Virus record (IMG/VR): IMGVR_UViG_3300035703_000025
Coordinates: 1-64,000 of that record
Source: a virus
DNA length: 64,000 nt
Reading direction: 5' to 3' (one strand)
The position numbers were made by a program, and so were the translations under genes. Position 1 is the stretch's first letter. The number at the start of each line of letters is the position of its first letter. Of this stretch, positions 30,383 through 39,497 are shown piece by piece. The notes below the pieces were generated by a model, which did no database searches, was not told the DNA's origin, and saw only the letters and a list, made by a program, of their open reading frames with translations.

Positions 30383-31180
30383 TTTGGTCTCTTTCTCAAC
30401 TCATGGAATGGGCAGGAATCTCGAAGGAACGCTCCTTCACGATACGATCCTGCCATGGCTTGTCACCGACAATCCCACTCGGGCCTGTCGAGTTCATGTA
30501 TCCCTGGATCACGATCTCGACACAGTAACCACGCGGAACGTGTCGGAAGGTCTTGCGTGCGGAATCGCAGTAGGAGTAGTAGAAGTCCTGCGCCGCAGCA
30601 AAGTTGCTGCCTGCGTACAGAACCTCACTCAGCTCAGGAATGACGCTTGAGTAAAAGAACCTACCGTTCGAGTCCCTGTGCACACGGTGCACGAGCTGCA
30701 TAACCTTGACAAACTGCATTTTGACCTCCTTTGGTCAAAGTAGACACTCCCAGTAGTGTCCAAGTCATTCACTTAGCGGACTGGGCCGCTTTGAGGAGTT
30801 TTTATGAGACCGTCACTGCTGGTATGGAAGCATGCCGTGATCTTCCATCTTCTGAACCAAGCGCTCTGCCATGATTCTGGCAGCCATGCGAATCAAGTCG
30901 TCCGGTGTCAGTCCGATCTTGTTCACGAACGTGTTCATGTCAACCAGCTCTCCTTCTGAGAGCATGTCTGGATGAGAGACTGTCATTAAGGTGTGAACAA
31001 TGATCTTGCCCAACAGAATTTCACTGCTGTTGAGCGTTGACTTGGCGTTCATCTCACGCATGGTCGCAACCATGGCAGAGATCTCTTGATTTCCTTGCTT
31101 CATGTCGCGTTCTCCTGTTCCTGGAAGGCCAGGGGTGAGGCGCTTCGGCCCCACCCCCGAACCCTCGTGCGAAAGTGAAA

Positions 31181-31609
31181 TTACGCCAGCATTCCAGCCT
31201 TGCGGAGCGCAGAGCTGTTGTTCTCCGTTGCCGTCTTCTTCGAGGCGGCAGCGAACATCTCCGTCTTCACGTCAGCGATGTGAATGCCGCCCGGACCGGT
31301 GGTTCCGTCCGGGATCTGCGACAGCTCCAGCGCTGCCTGAGCCTCCTGCTCCACGAGCGCCACGATCTGCGCCTTCAGCGCCTCGTAGCCTGCCGTGATC
31401 GCGGTGACGCGGTCCTCAGCGCTCATGGTGCGGGTGTTCAGCACCTGGCCCACGACGCGGCGCACCTGGGACACCGCAGACGACGCGGTGCCAGCCTTGC
31501 GGAACTCGACCAGGATCTCGGCCACACGCGAGGCCTCCTTCTTGGTCGCGTTGCGGGCGACGTTGGCGGGCGAGGTGGTAACGGACGACGAAACGGTGGT
31601 GTTGGACAT
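31181..31609 (-). CDS. Ala-rich helical protein (paralog of 29575..29988)
   Basis: GTTGPGGIH..DVKTEMFAA..KK..ENNSSAL.KAG. Confidence 0.75.
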   Translation of the reverse strand: MSNTTVSSSVTTSPANVARNATKKEASRVAEILVEFRKAGTASSAVSQVRRVVGQVLNTRTMSAEDRVTAITAGYEALKAQIVALVEQEAQAALELSQIPDGTTGPGGIHIADVKTEMFAAASKKTATENNSSALRKAGMLA

Positions 31610-32043
31610 TGCCAACCCTTTCTGTGTGAACTAGTCACACAATGCGTATAGATACCATCTACCTGAGACATTTCAGGAAAGAGTGGTTACTGCAGGCGCC
31701 CCTGCAGAAATTGCCCACGACCCGTTTCCGGAGCGTGGGCGCTTGTTAGTCGTTGTACAGTAAGAACAGACTGATTCCCTGCTGAATCTTGTAGATCTCC
31801 CAGTACAGATCACTCTCAGACAGACCAGTCGCAACATAACGACAGTTGTCAGAGCGATTCTGCTCTGGGCTTTCCAGAGTCCATCTCTCCTTGTCCTCGA
31901 AGCAGTTGTCACGAGTGACACTCACCCACATGTAGCCACGTGGAAGTCTAAGGCTTCTGTGAAGAGTGTTGATTGCGCGCTCCAACTCAACATGCTGAAT
32001 CACTCTGCCACAGCGAGTAGTCATCTTCTGAAGAACGCTCATG

Positions 32044-32517
32044 TCAGATCCTCTCCCACCGGTTGCGCATGCGTTCAACGGCCTCGGTGGGTACGCCGTG
32101 AACACTACCAAAGTCGTTTTGGCACTCAATCACACACACAACCCAGTCAGCGAACTCCTCACGCTTGACAAGGTCCATGTACGGTTCCATCTCCCATAGC
32201 TGAGAGAACGTGTTTGAGACTGCGACTGGCCGCAGATCGTGAAGAACGTTTCTGTAGACGTCGTTGCCATCACGATCGGTCTCACCGAAACACTCCTCCC
32301 TGTATCGGCTGCGCATTGCGTCTATCGTCCGAAGAAGACAGTCGTGATGCGCGCTTCGCAGATTGAATGGATCGAACTTGTAATCGCCGCTCACTGGATC
32401 AGTGAAGTACTGATCAGCCTCAAAGAAGCTGTCTCTGCCAACGAGACGCTTTGCGAGTGTGGACTTTCCAGATCCTGGAAGACCACGAATCAGGTACAGA
32501 GTCATGACCTTTCTCAC
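32044..32517 (-). CDS. AAA_33 / polynucleotide-kinase-like P-loop protein
   Basis: LIRGLPGSGKST, EADQYF, VSNTF, HGVP...MRNRWE. Confidence 0.85.
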   Translation of the reverse strand: MRKVMTLYLIRGLPGSGKSTLAKRLVGRDSFFEADQYFTDPVSGDYKFDPFNLRSAHHDCLLRTIDAMRSRYREECFGETDRDGNDVYRNVLHDLRPVAVSNTFSQLWEMEPYMDLVKREEFADWVVCVIECQNDFGSVHGVPTEAVERMRNRWERI

Positions 32518-32861
32518 AGCTCGCCCTCCTTCTTGCTGAAGCAGTCCCAGCTCCACCTTTTTGCGATGTACCGTGCGTCTCTCTCATTGCCGTACGCAGT
32601 CATGTTGCAGTACATCTTTCTCGCCTCATCACGCTCTTCCGTGAGGCTGCTGATCTTCTTGTCGAGGCGATCGATCACTCCCTGCATGTCGTGCATGTGG
32701 CGATCGCACACCTGCAGAGCCTCGACCGCCTTTGCTGCTTCTTCGAGCATCAGCACGAGCTTGCCCCACTTGCCCTCCTCGAACCCCGGCAGATCTTGCC
32801 CGCCCTCACGATAGTCTTTTGCGGTGGACATCAGGGCCTCAACCAATTCCTTAGCGTTCAT
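32514..32861 (-). CDS. ERDEARR-WDCF family protein
   Basis: ERDEARKMYC...WSWDCFS. Confidence 0.75.
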   Translation of the reverse strand: MNAKELVEALMSTAKDYREGGQDLPGFEEGKWGKLVLMLEEAAKAVEALQVCDRHMHDMQGVIDRLDKKISSLTEERDEARKMYCNMTAYGNERDARYIAKRWSWDCFSKKEGEL

Positions 32862-33402
32862 ACAAGCACCTTCCTTTCTGAAGGATCTAATGGCACCATG
32901 CCAAAAGAAAAAGCTCGTACCGGATTTCTCCGATACGAGCCGTTGAGCTAGAGACAGCGAACTGTCACAGGGCCGAAGCCTTTTCGCAGGACTGAAGCAC
33001 GTCCACCCTCGTATACACGATACGACAGGCTTCCGCGAAACTGATGTTCTTACGCCGCATCAGGCATCGAACTACCTGATGGATGAGCTTGTCAATGTCT
33101 GACATGGTCACTCCTTCTCGTTGAGGATCTTGTGGACCTCAGTGCTCCAGAAGAACATGTCTTCGATGATCGACTTCATGCGGAGCAAGATGAGCAAACC
33201 AATTGCAAAAATGGTGAACTCATTGACTGTCGCCTTGTGCGGGATTGGAAGCCACAGCTGAGCCACACCGTAGATGGCCCCAATAATCATCCACGCCAAA
33301 AAGAGAAACCGTGCAACGGACGAGAAGAAACGCTTGACCATAACAGATCCTTTGCCATTGGCAAAAGAGTAGAAAACCCGTGGCGTACATACCACGGGTG
33401 AA

Positions 33403-33476
33403 CACCCCAGACAGGATTCGAACCTGTAACCTGCCGCTTAGAAGGCGGCTGCTCTATCCGTTTGAGCTACTGGGGT
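33403..33476 (-). tRNA. tRNA-Arg(TCT), second copy
   Basis: ACCCCAG acceptor, GCCGC-CTTCTAA-GCGGC, GGTTCGAATCC. Confidence 0.95.
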
Positions 33477-33484
33477 TGAGGAGT

Positions 33485-33838
33485 TTAACGGTCCATGAAC
33501 GTCAGGAGCGCCTGCATCGCCTCCTCCGTGGCGCCGATGCAGAGGTCCATGGTGCGCGGCTCACCGTCGCTGTCGGGCGAGATGCCGGAGTAGTACAGCT
33601 CCTTGATCGCGTCCCACTTGTTCACGACGTCCTCGAAGTCGATGTGGCTCCCGCTGAGCGACTCCGAGAGCGCCACGATCGCGTTGCGCATCTCGCAGGG
33701 CTTGCTGTCGGACTCGTCGGCGCCCGTCATGAGCACCGCCTGGAACGCCAACTGGTCCACCTGGATCGACATCATCGCCAGGGACGTGAGCGCCGCGTTG
33801 CAGCACAGGAAGTGAACCGGGGTCTTCTTCTGACGCAT
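33485..33838 (-). CDS. hypothetical protein
   Basis: GC3-rich ORF with AGGAG SD. Confidence 0.6.
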   Translation of the reverse strand: MRQKKTPVHFLCCNAALTSLAMMSIQVDQLAFQAVLMTGADESDSKPCEMRNAIVALSESLSGSHIDFEDVVNKWDAIKELYYSGISPDSDGEPRTMDLCIGATEEAMQALLTFMDR

Positions 33839-33941
33839 AGTGAATCTCCTATGAATGGAGAGAGTGAAACCGGTGGCATACGTACCACCGTAAATCCCAC
33901 CACAGCACTTAAGCCATGGTGGGAGTGTTGAGGCTGATCAC

Positions 33942-34466
33942 TCAGCCGTGGAAACCAGTGGCCCTGCAATTCTCTAGAAACTGGAAGAGCGCTGCAGTGA
34001 CGTGCACATCACGCACACAGTAGTCCTCCATTTCCTGCGACCACTGAGACCAATCAGTGTGCTTGCAGAAGTCGCCCTTGTCCATCCCAAGGCGAAGCCC
34101 CCACGCCTCCAGACTGTGTCGCCCGCGCAACGCCTCTGGCACCCTGTACTCGTTGAACCCATTGGGGAACAAGGACTTTGCGGTTCGCCGCGTGTCGTTC
34201 AGCGTCACCCACGATGGCAGCACGATCTTGTTGTGGGTGCACATCACCCTGCGGTCGAACTCCACGTTGAACCCGATGATCTCCTGCGCGTTGAGCGCGA
34301 TGAAGTTGATCCCGCTCCGCACTTCCGACTTGCGGAACCGGAACTCCCGACCAGTGTCCACGTCCAACGCACACACGCAGTGCACGGTGTGCAGCGACGA
34401 CGTGTCTCCAGCGTTCCACGACGCCCAGTCGATTGCGTTCGTCTCCGTATCAACGACGAGTCTCAC
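33942..34466 (-). CDS. stand-alone DEDDy 3'-5' exonuclease (T7 DNA polymerase exo-like)
   Basis: ExoI DTETN, ExoII FNVEFD, HSLEAWG.RLG, ExoIII YCVRDV. Confidence 0.85.
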   Translation of the reverse strand: MRLVVDTETNAIDWASWNAGDTSSLHTVHCVCALDVDTGREFRFRKSEVRSGINFIALNAQEIIGFNVEFDRRVMCTHNKIVLPSWVTLNDTRRTAKSLFPNGFNEYRVPEALRGRHSLEAWGLRLGMDKGDFCKHTDWSQWSQEMEDYCVRDVHVTAALFQFLENCRATGFHG

Positions 34467-34886
34467 AGGACACCTCCTCTTGCGGCGAGTGCCGCCTTGA
34501 AGTCATGCACCAGAGCAGCGCTTGCCCTGCGTGCTACCGCCTCCACTCTACGAGAGGGAAGCGGACGCCACTGCTGCGCAGCGTCGCGCAGCTTCACGTG
34601 GCGATTGCGAGCCTTCACTTTTCTTGGCAGACGACCAGGAAGTGGTAGTGGTTCAGTGGGTCGCACCACTGTGTGACCGAGCGCGATTGCCCTGCGCTCT
34701 AGCCCCACATTCGGGATGCGATTACCACCCTGCTGGTCCACCTGGAAGCCATTGGCTGCAGAGCGCATGAGTGTGCGCCCTGGGGTCTTGGGCTTCGGGA
34801 ACCGGTTCATGGTCAAGCCACCGCTCCACTCGTTGGTGCAGTAGTGACCTCGTAACTGCCATTTCTGGTTCATGTGAGTCCTCCTT

Positions 34887-35267
34887 TCAGGACTGCATGC
34901 TGTTGAACTCGTTGGGGTCGTAGGCCAGGGACTCATCCACGATGGGCGCCTCGCCCCTCAGTCGCACAGACGACGGCAGCGGCACACCAGACAGGTGCTC
35001 CTTCTTTGGTTCCTCCACCGTGAACGGCTCCACCGTCACACGCGATGGCATTCGCTGAATCAGCATCATCACCTCCGTCAGCTCCTTGGTGCCCAGGTAG
35101 TCAAAGACCTCATCAGCGGACGGCTGCACGTACGTCCGATCCTCCGACACCCTGTAGAACACCTGACGAGGCCCCATCACGCTGATCTTCACGCAGTTCC
35201 AAGACGGAACAATCGTCAGGCTCCAACCATTCACCCAAGTGAACGTCGTCTGATTGCTGATCTTCAT
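34887..35267 (-). CDS. hypothetical protein
   Basis: TW.NGWSL.I motif, also seen in 28836 ORF (FSNGWSLSV). Confidence 0.6.
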   Translation of the reverse strand: MKISNQTTFTWVNGWSLTIVPSWNCVKISVMGPRQVFYRVSEDRTYVQPSADEVFDYLGTKELTEVMMLIQRMPSRVTVEPFTVEEPKKEHLSGVPLPSSVRLRGEAPIVDESLAYDPNEFNSMQS

Positions 35268-35284
35268 ACCAAGATCCTACCTTT

Positions 35285-36530
35285 CTGCACTTTACGAGTG
35301 CAAGTAACATGAGGACTTTGAAACCGCACGCTGCGGTCCATAAGTGAATGCCCACCGCAGCCAGTCAAGGCTGGGTGAGACTGTGTGCCCATAGCGGATG
35401 TTTGACCGCCAGGGTCTTGCCGGTAGATCCGGGAAACCCACAGCACAGCGTTTCCGCCGTGCTGGGGTAGGGAAACGGGGCGTGATAGCACGCTAGCCCC
35501 GCCCATCTGCAGCCATGCGTGCGGCTGCGGGTTACTGGTGACTGTGACTCGGCTACTGCAGTAGAATCGTCCGCTTACCCCACTACTGTGTAGCCTACAG
35601 ATACCGCCGTGTCATGCGTGGCTGGTCGCTAAGCAACCCCGCATGATCGACTCCCTGGTGCGCATGCCGCGCGTATGCAACCCCGTAGCCGTTGGCTACC
35701 GGACATAGCGCACCGTTGTCGTCAGCCCGGAGGCTGACCGCCCTGCAGGTTAGTGATCATCATCGGGAAGCCATCCCATCAGCGCAAGCGCGTCACTTGG
35801 GAATATGTCCGGATGATCGGATCAGTCGCCGCAGTATTGGATCTAGGTCGTGGGCATCATCGACCGTGGCATATCCTCGCTGGCTACTTATCAGGGTCAC
35901 GAGCACCCCAGCCGTAGCGAATCCGTTAGGAAACTTCGCAGCCGCTGCGTAGATATCAGACCGCCTGGCACGCACACTATCACGCCTTGACGCGATAGCG
36001 AACGCACCCACGTATCACCACAGTAGGACCGCCGCGCACCTGCCGGCCTAGCCGGGGAGCACGCGACAGCCGCCCTACGGTATCTGTCGGTGGAACTAGC
36101 CTATCGTACCCTTCGACCGTTGGCGAGCATGGCCTAGCGCTACTCGCTGTATCATATGGGTACTGTACTTCGCAGCGCCATCCATGACGCCACTACTTGC
36201 CCTGCAGGGTACAGCGTCCACACGCTGTCCGTCCCGCTCCGCTAGCGCACTACGCGCTATCGGCAGCGAAGCATCCAGGATAACCGACCTCCGTTGAGGG
36301 GACCGCTACGCTTGCGCGTCTCGGTCGGGCCGGCTCGGCGCGCCCTAGCGCACCGTTCCCGATCTTGGAAACCAGGGGTTCCGCGACTCCCGCGCTTCGA
36401 TTGCCCGTGTTCCGGGCGGCGGGGCCTCACCAGGCGCCTCTTTCGTTCCCGCCACGCGGATTCCGGTTTCGGCTCGGGGCCGAGCGGCAAGCCGCGCGCA
36501 CGGGGCGTAGGTCGCTACTAGTGCGCGGTA
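35285..36530 (-). ncRNA. candidate large structured ncRNA; boundaries approximate
   Basis: No convincing ORF; more than 20 hairpins and long-range helices; G-U pairs mostly favour the minus strand. Confidence 0.55.
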
Positions 36531-36576
36531 CTATGTAATCCCCGGCGCCCGCCGTTAGGCGGGGCCGGAGGGGGGG

Positions 36577-37053
36577 TCACTCGGCGGAGGCCAACCACGC
36601 GGCCACCTCGGACTTCGAGGGGGGCAGCGTCAGGCCGTCGATGAGGTCGCGGACGGTCAAGGCCCGGTCGGCGGCCACGCCCGGGATGCGGCCGATGGTA
36701 ACCCCATGCGGATTCGGGATGGCCGCGAGGAGGTCGACCGCGCCCGCGAACCATGCCATGGCCTCGGCGGTCCGAGCCTGGGCCTGCAGCCACGGGGCCT
36801 GGGTCGTCGGGCACGGGGTGCGGGCGTACACGCCGGCGGCCTTGGTAGCGTCGCGCATGGCCTGGGCCGGCAGGCGGCGGGCCTTGCGGCGGTCGGTGAG
36901 GTCGCCGAGGACGGCCTTGCCGAACGTGGCCGGCGCGGCCAGCACGCGGTCGAGGCCCCAATCGGCCACCTCGGTGGTGACGGTCGAGGCCGCGAGCCGC
37001 AGGACGGCAGCGGGCGAGGCGGGGGCGGTGCGGGCGGAAGACTTGGTGGGCAT
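36577..37053 (-). CDS. first gene of GC-rich arm, hypothetical
   Basis: ATG 37053 with AGGAG SD; followed by CCCGCC/GGCGGG hairpin. Confidence 0.65.
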   Translation of the reverse strand: MPTKSSARTAPASPAAVLRLAASTVTTEVADWGLDRVLAAPATFGKAVLGDLTDRRKARRLPAQAMRDATKAAGVYARTPCPTTQAPWLQAQARTAEAMAWFAGAVDLLAAIPNPHGVTIGRIPGVAADRALTVRDLIDGLTLPPSKSEVAAWLASAE

Positions 37054-37226
37054 GAGACAACTCCTGGCGCTGTGCGCCGTGGGGGGTGATTGTCGGGCAC
37101 GCGCCCGACACCAATGGGTGCTCCGGAGGGCGCGGGGGTTCACCCAATTTCACAGGCGAAAAACCAAATATGAGGACTTATTACACCAGCGAATCGTTTT
37201 TGAAAAGGCTGGGCGCTCGCCATAAA

Positions 37227-37748
37227 TCAGGACTTTGCCCAGCTTTTTCCGTTTCGTATGTTACGTATTGCGCCTGCGCCAACACCAAATCTGTCGGCAA
37301 TTACACTGTCCAGGAATCCAATCTCTATCATTTTTCGTATTTCGTCCACGTCTGCCTGGGTTAATTTGCTGAAGCGCGAGTTTTCCCCCGATATTCTGCT
37401 TAAATCTCTGTTTTCTGTCTGTTCTGCCTTTGTTGCGTACCGTAAATTGGAGAGTGCATTATTTGTTCGCACTCTGTCAATGTGGTCAACAGTCATTTCG
37501 TCTGGACACTCTCCCTGGTAAACCTCCATAACCAGTCTGTGCACAAATATCTTTTCTGCTCCTGTTCCCATGGGTTTTCTCAAAACAACAAAAGCGTAGC
37601 CTTCTGTGTCGATAAAAGGTTCAATAGTTCTAGGGGGCTTTGAGTGAATTCTGCCACGGTTAAAAACAGGCCGCGCCTTTTCACGGACGCGACCTTCGGT
37701 GCTGACTTCGTAGTTGGGGTTTCTAGCTAGGGGCTTCCAGGTTTCCAC
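37227..37748 (-). CDS. NUMOD4-HNH homing endonuclease
   Basis: ETWK...YEVSTEGRVR, VHRLV, VDHID..RTNN.LSNL, SKLT HTH tail. Confidence 0.9.
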   Translation of the reverse strand: METWKPLARNPNYEVSTEGRVREKARPVFNRGRIHSKPPRTIEPFIDTEGYAFVVLRKPMGTGAEKIFVHRLVMEVYQGECPDEMTVDHIDRVRTNNALSNLRYATKAEQTENRDLSRISGENSRFSKLTQADVDEIRKMIEIGFLDSVIADRFGVGAGAIRNIRNGKSWAKS

Positions 37749-37764
37749 CCATTATTATAGGTTT

Positions 37765-38448
37765 TTATCCTAATACAGTACCACCAAAGCACTGTGGCGC
37801 ATAGCCCTCAAACCATTGGTGTGCCAAAGACATTAAATTTGCCCTGAGTACGTCTTCAGACCAGATCGGATTTAGTCTTCTTAGTTCTTCCGTTTGGTTT
37901 TTTAAATACCTCATAAAATCTGGCTTCCAATCTCCTCTTTTACCACTGCTCCAAACAGTAAGATCACCAAGCGCCTTCATCACGCATTCGTTGCTAGAAT
38001 ACAAACTCCCGATTATATCGTAAACCTCCTGAGTAGCTGGATCCATTTTTTGCTTTATTTTTTCCGCTGACTCATCCATTCGAGTTCGCATTCTTTCAGA
38101 AGCGCCAACGGCTGCGGACAGCTTGTTTAAAATATCAACAAACGAGTTGGCCTTTTTACTGTTTTTCTTTACCCAGTTCAGGTATATTTTCCTTGCTCGT
38201 GCCTGCAGTCTGTCCTTTTGGGCCTGAGACAGGAATTTAGCCTGTGGGATTCGCGCAATCGCATTAAGAATGTGCGCGCGGTCAACTTTGCCGTCCGCGT
38301 CCTTGTACGGAAAGTGTCGTAGCGAACGAGGCTTGATTTTCCCCTCGGAGTCCCTTTTGCCGCCAGCCTCAATATAAAGAAAAGCACTGTCAGGGAGATC
38401 ATTTTTATACCTAGTTGTCCACTCTGCGCCTTGAGAGAAGTTTTCCAT
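37765..38448 (-). CDS. virion-associated protein (DUF6582-like N-terminus)
   Basis: NDLPDSAF...RHFPY.D..G.VD..H..NAIAR..Q. Confidence 0.65.
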   Translation of the reverse strand: MENFSQGAEWTTRYKNDLPDSAFLYIEAGGKRDSEGKIKPRSLRHFPYKDADGKVDRAHILNAIARIPQAKFLSQAQKDRLQARARKIYLNWVKKNSKKANSFVDILNKLSAAVGASERMRTRMDESAEKIKQKMDPATQEVYDIIGSLYSSNECVMKALGDLTVWSSGKRGDWKPDFMRYLKNQTEELRRLNPIWSEDVLRANLMSLAHQWFEGYAPQCFGGTVLG

Positions 38449-38468
38449 ATTTGTAAATACACAAGCCC

Positions 38469-39494
38469 TTAAACAGAGCCGTTCTGTATTGCCCTTTCTA
38501 TTGATTCACGGGTCCAGCCTTCAGTCTGTATGCCAAGCGCTCCCGCTAGAGCCAAAACAGCAACAGCTAGAGCTGGCGCTGCTGTTCCACCAGAAGCCGC
38601 TGCCGCAACCGCTGCAGCTATGGCCAAGCTTATAAGAACAGTTATTTTTATTGTTTCTTCATTTTCTCTTATGAAAGTGCTTACAGAAGACACAAAGGAT
38701 GAAATGGCGTTTCTTGCCCCACCTACGCTGTCTATCACAATGCCGCCAATTCCTAGCACGTAGGTTGAAAGCCGATCCCACAGTTCCTCACAGGCCTTTT
38801 CTCGCTGTTCTGGTGTCGCGTTTATAGTGTTAAGTAATTGATTCAGTTCACCCCACGTTGCGCACAAATCAACTAGTGCAGCATCGCTAAAACCACCAAG
38901 TCGTATTTTCATAAAACGAACTAACTGCTCCTCAAAACTAATGTTGTTAACTGGCGCAATACCCAAAGAGGAAAGGGCTTCAGAAAGAGCATTAGCCAAA
39001 ATAGTACCAAAATGATTTATAAAGCTTTCCATATTTGACGCCCAAAAATTACTAAGCCATCTAAATCTTCTAAATATTTCATCAACCTCACGGAAAAAAC
39101 TTTGAAGTGCGTCGCTACATAATACGTTTATAAACATAGACCAGGGGCCACTGTTATCAACAACCCTTTGTCCAGCTGTTATTAATGCGACTGCATCTGA
39201 AATCCAACCAATAGCAGATCTAGTTATTACTCTTTGAAGCGACTGAAGAGCGCTCATAAATCTAAATATGTCTTTAGGTATTTCTGCTCTAGCTTTAGTC
39301 TGGTCATTTATTGTTGGCACGCATTCCATAAAAGAAATAAGGGCCTGCTGCCATGTTGTGCTTGATTCAATTCTGCGCACACAGTCTTTTTCTGTTACAA
39401 CAACAGACTCTTTTGCAGACGGATCCGCCTGCTCGTAAACCTCTGCTTGTTTGTTTAAAGCGGATATAAATCTGTAATTTAGTTCTTTTTTCAT
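38469..39494 (-). CDS. putative internal virion protein with C-terminal TM hairpin
   Basis: Hydrophobic hairpin around ASGGTAAP. Confidence 0.65.
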   Translation of the reverse strand: MKKELNYRFISALNKQAEVYEQADPSAKESVVVTEKDCVRRIESSTTWQQALISFMECVPTINDQTKARAEIPKDIFRFMSALQSLQRVITRSAIGWISDAVALITAGQRVVDNSGPWSMFINVLCSDALQSFFREVDEIFRRFRWLSNFWASNMESFINHFGTILANALSEALSSLGIAPVNNISFEEQLVRFMKIRLGGFSDAALVDLCATWGELNQLLNTINATPEQREKACEELWDRLSTYVLGIGGIVIDSVGGARNAISSFVSSVSTFIRENEETIKITVLISLAIAAAVAAAASGGTAAPALAVAVLALAGALGIQTEGWTRESIERAIQNGSV

Positions 39495-39497
39495 TTT

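Noticed and set aside
32950-33107. Apparent non-coding gap with a GTTCGA motif (possible RNA)
   Set aside because: Contains a plausible 46-aa minus-strand ORF (MSDIDKLIHQVVRCLMRRK...) and no cloverleaf.
35264-36521. Short ORFs inside the structured element (35264..35506, 35692..35952, 35793..36011, 36257..36490, 36294..36521)
   Set aside because: No SD, low-complexity Arg/Pro/Ala content and inconsistent strands; better explained as non-coding.
85-37364. Many plus-strand ORFs in the left arm (e.g. 24354..25001, 29407..30003, 34002..34676, 36641..37225)
   Set aside because: Antisense shadows of coupled minus-strand genes with no motifs or SD; expected in GC-rich sequence.
37227-37748. HNH/PD-(D/E)XK endonucleases as intron-encoded elements
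   Set aside because: They appear free-standing; no interrupted host gene flanks them.
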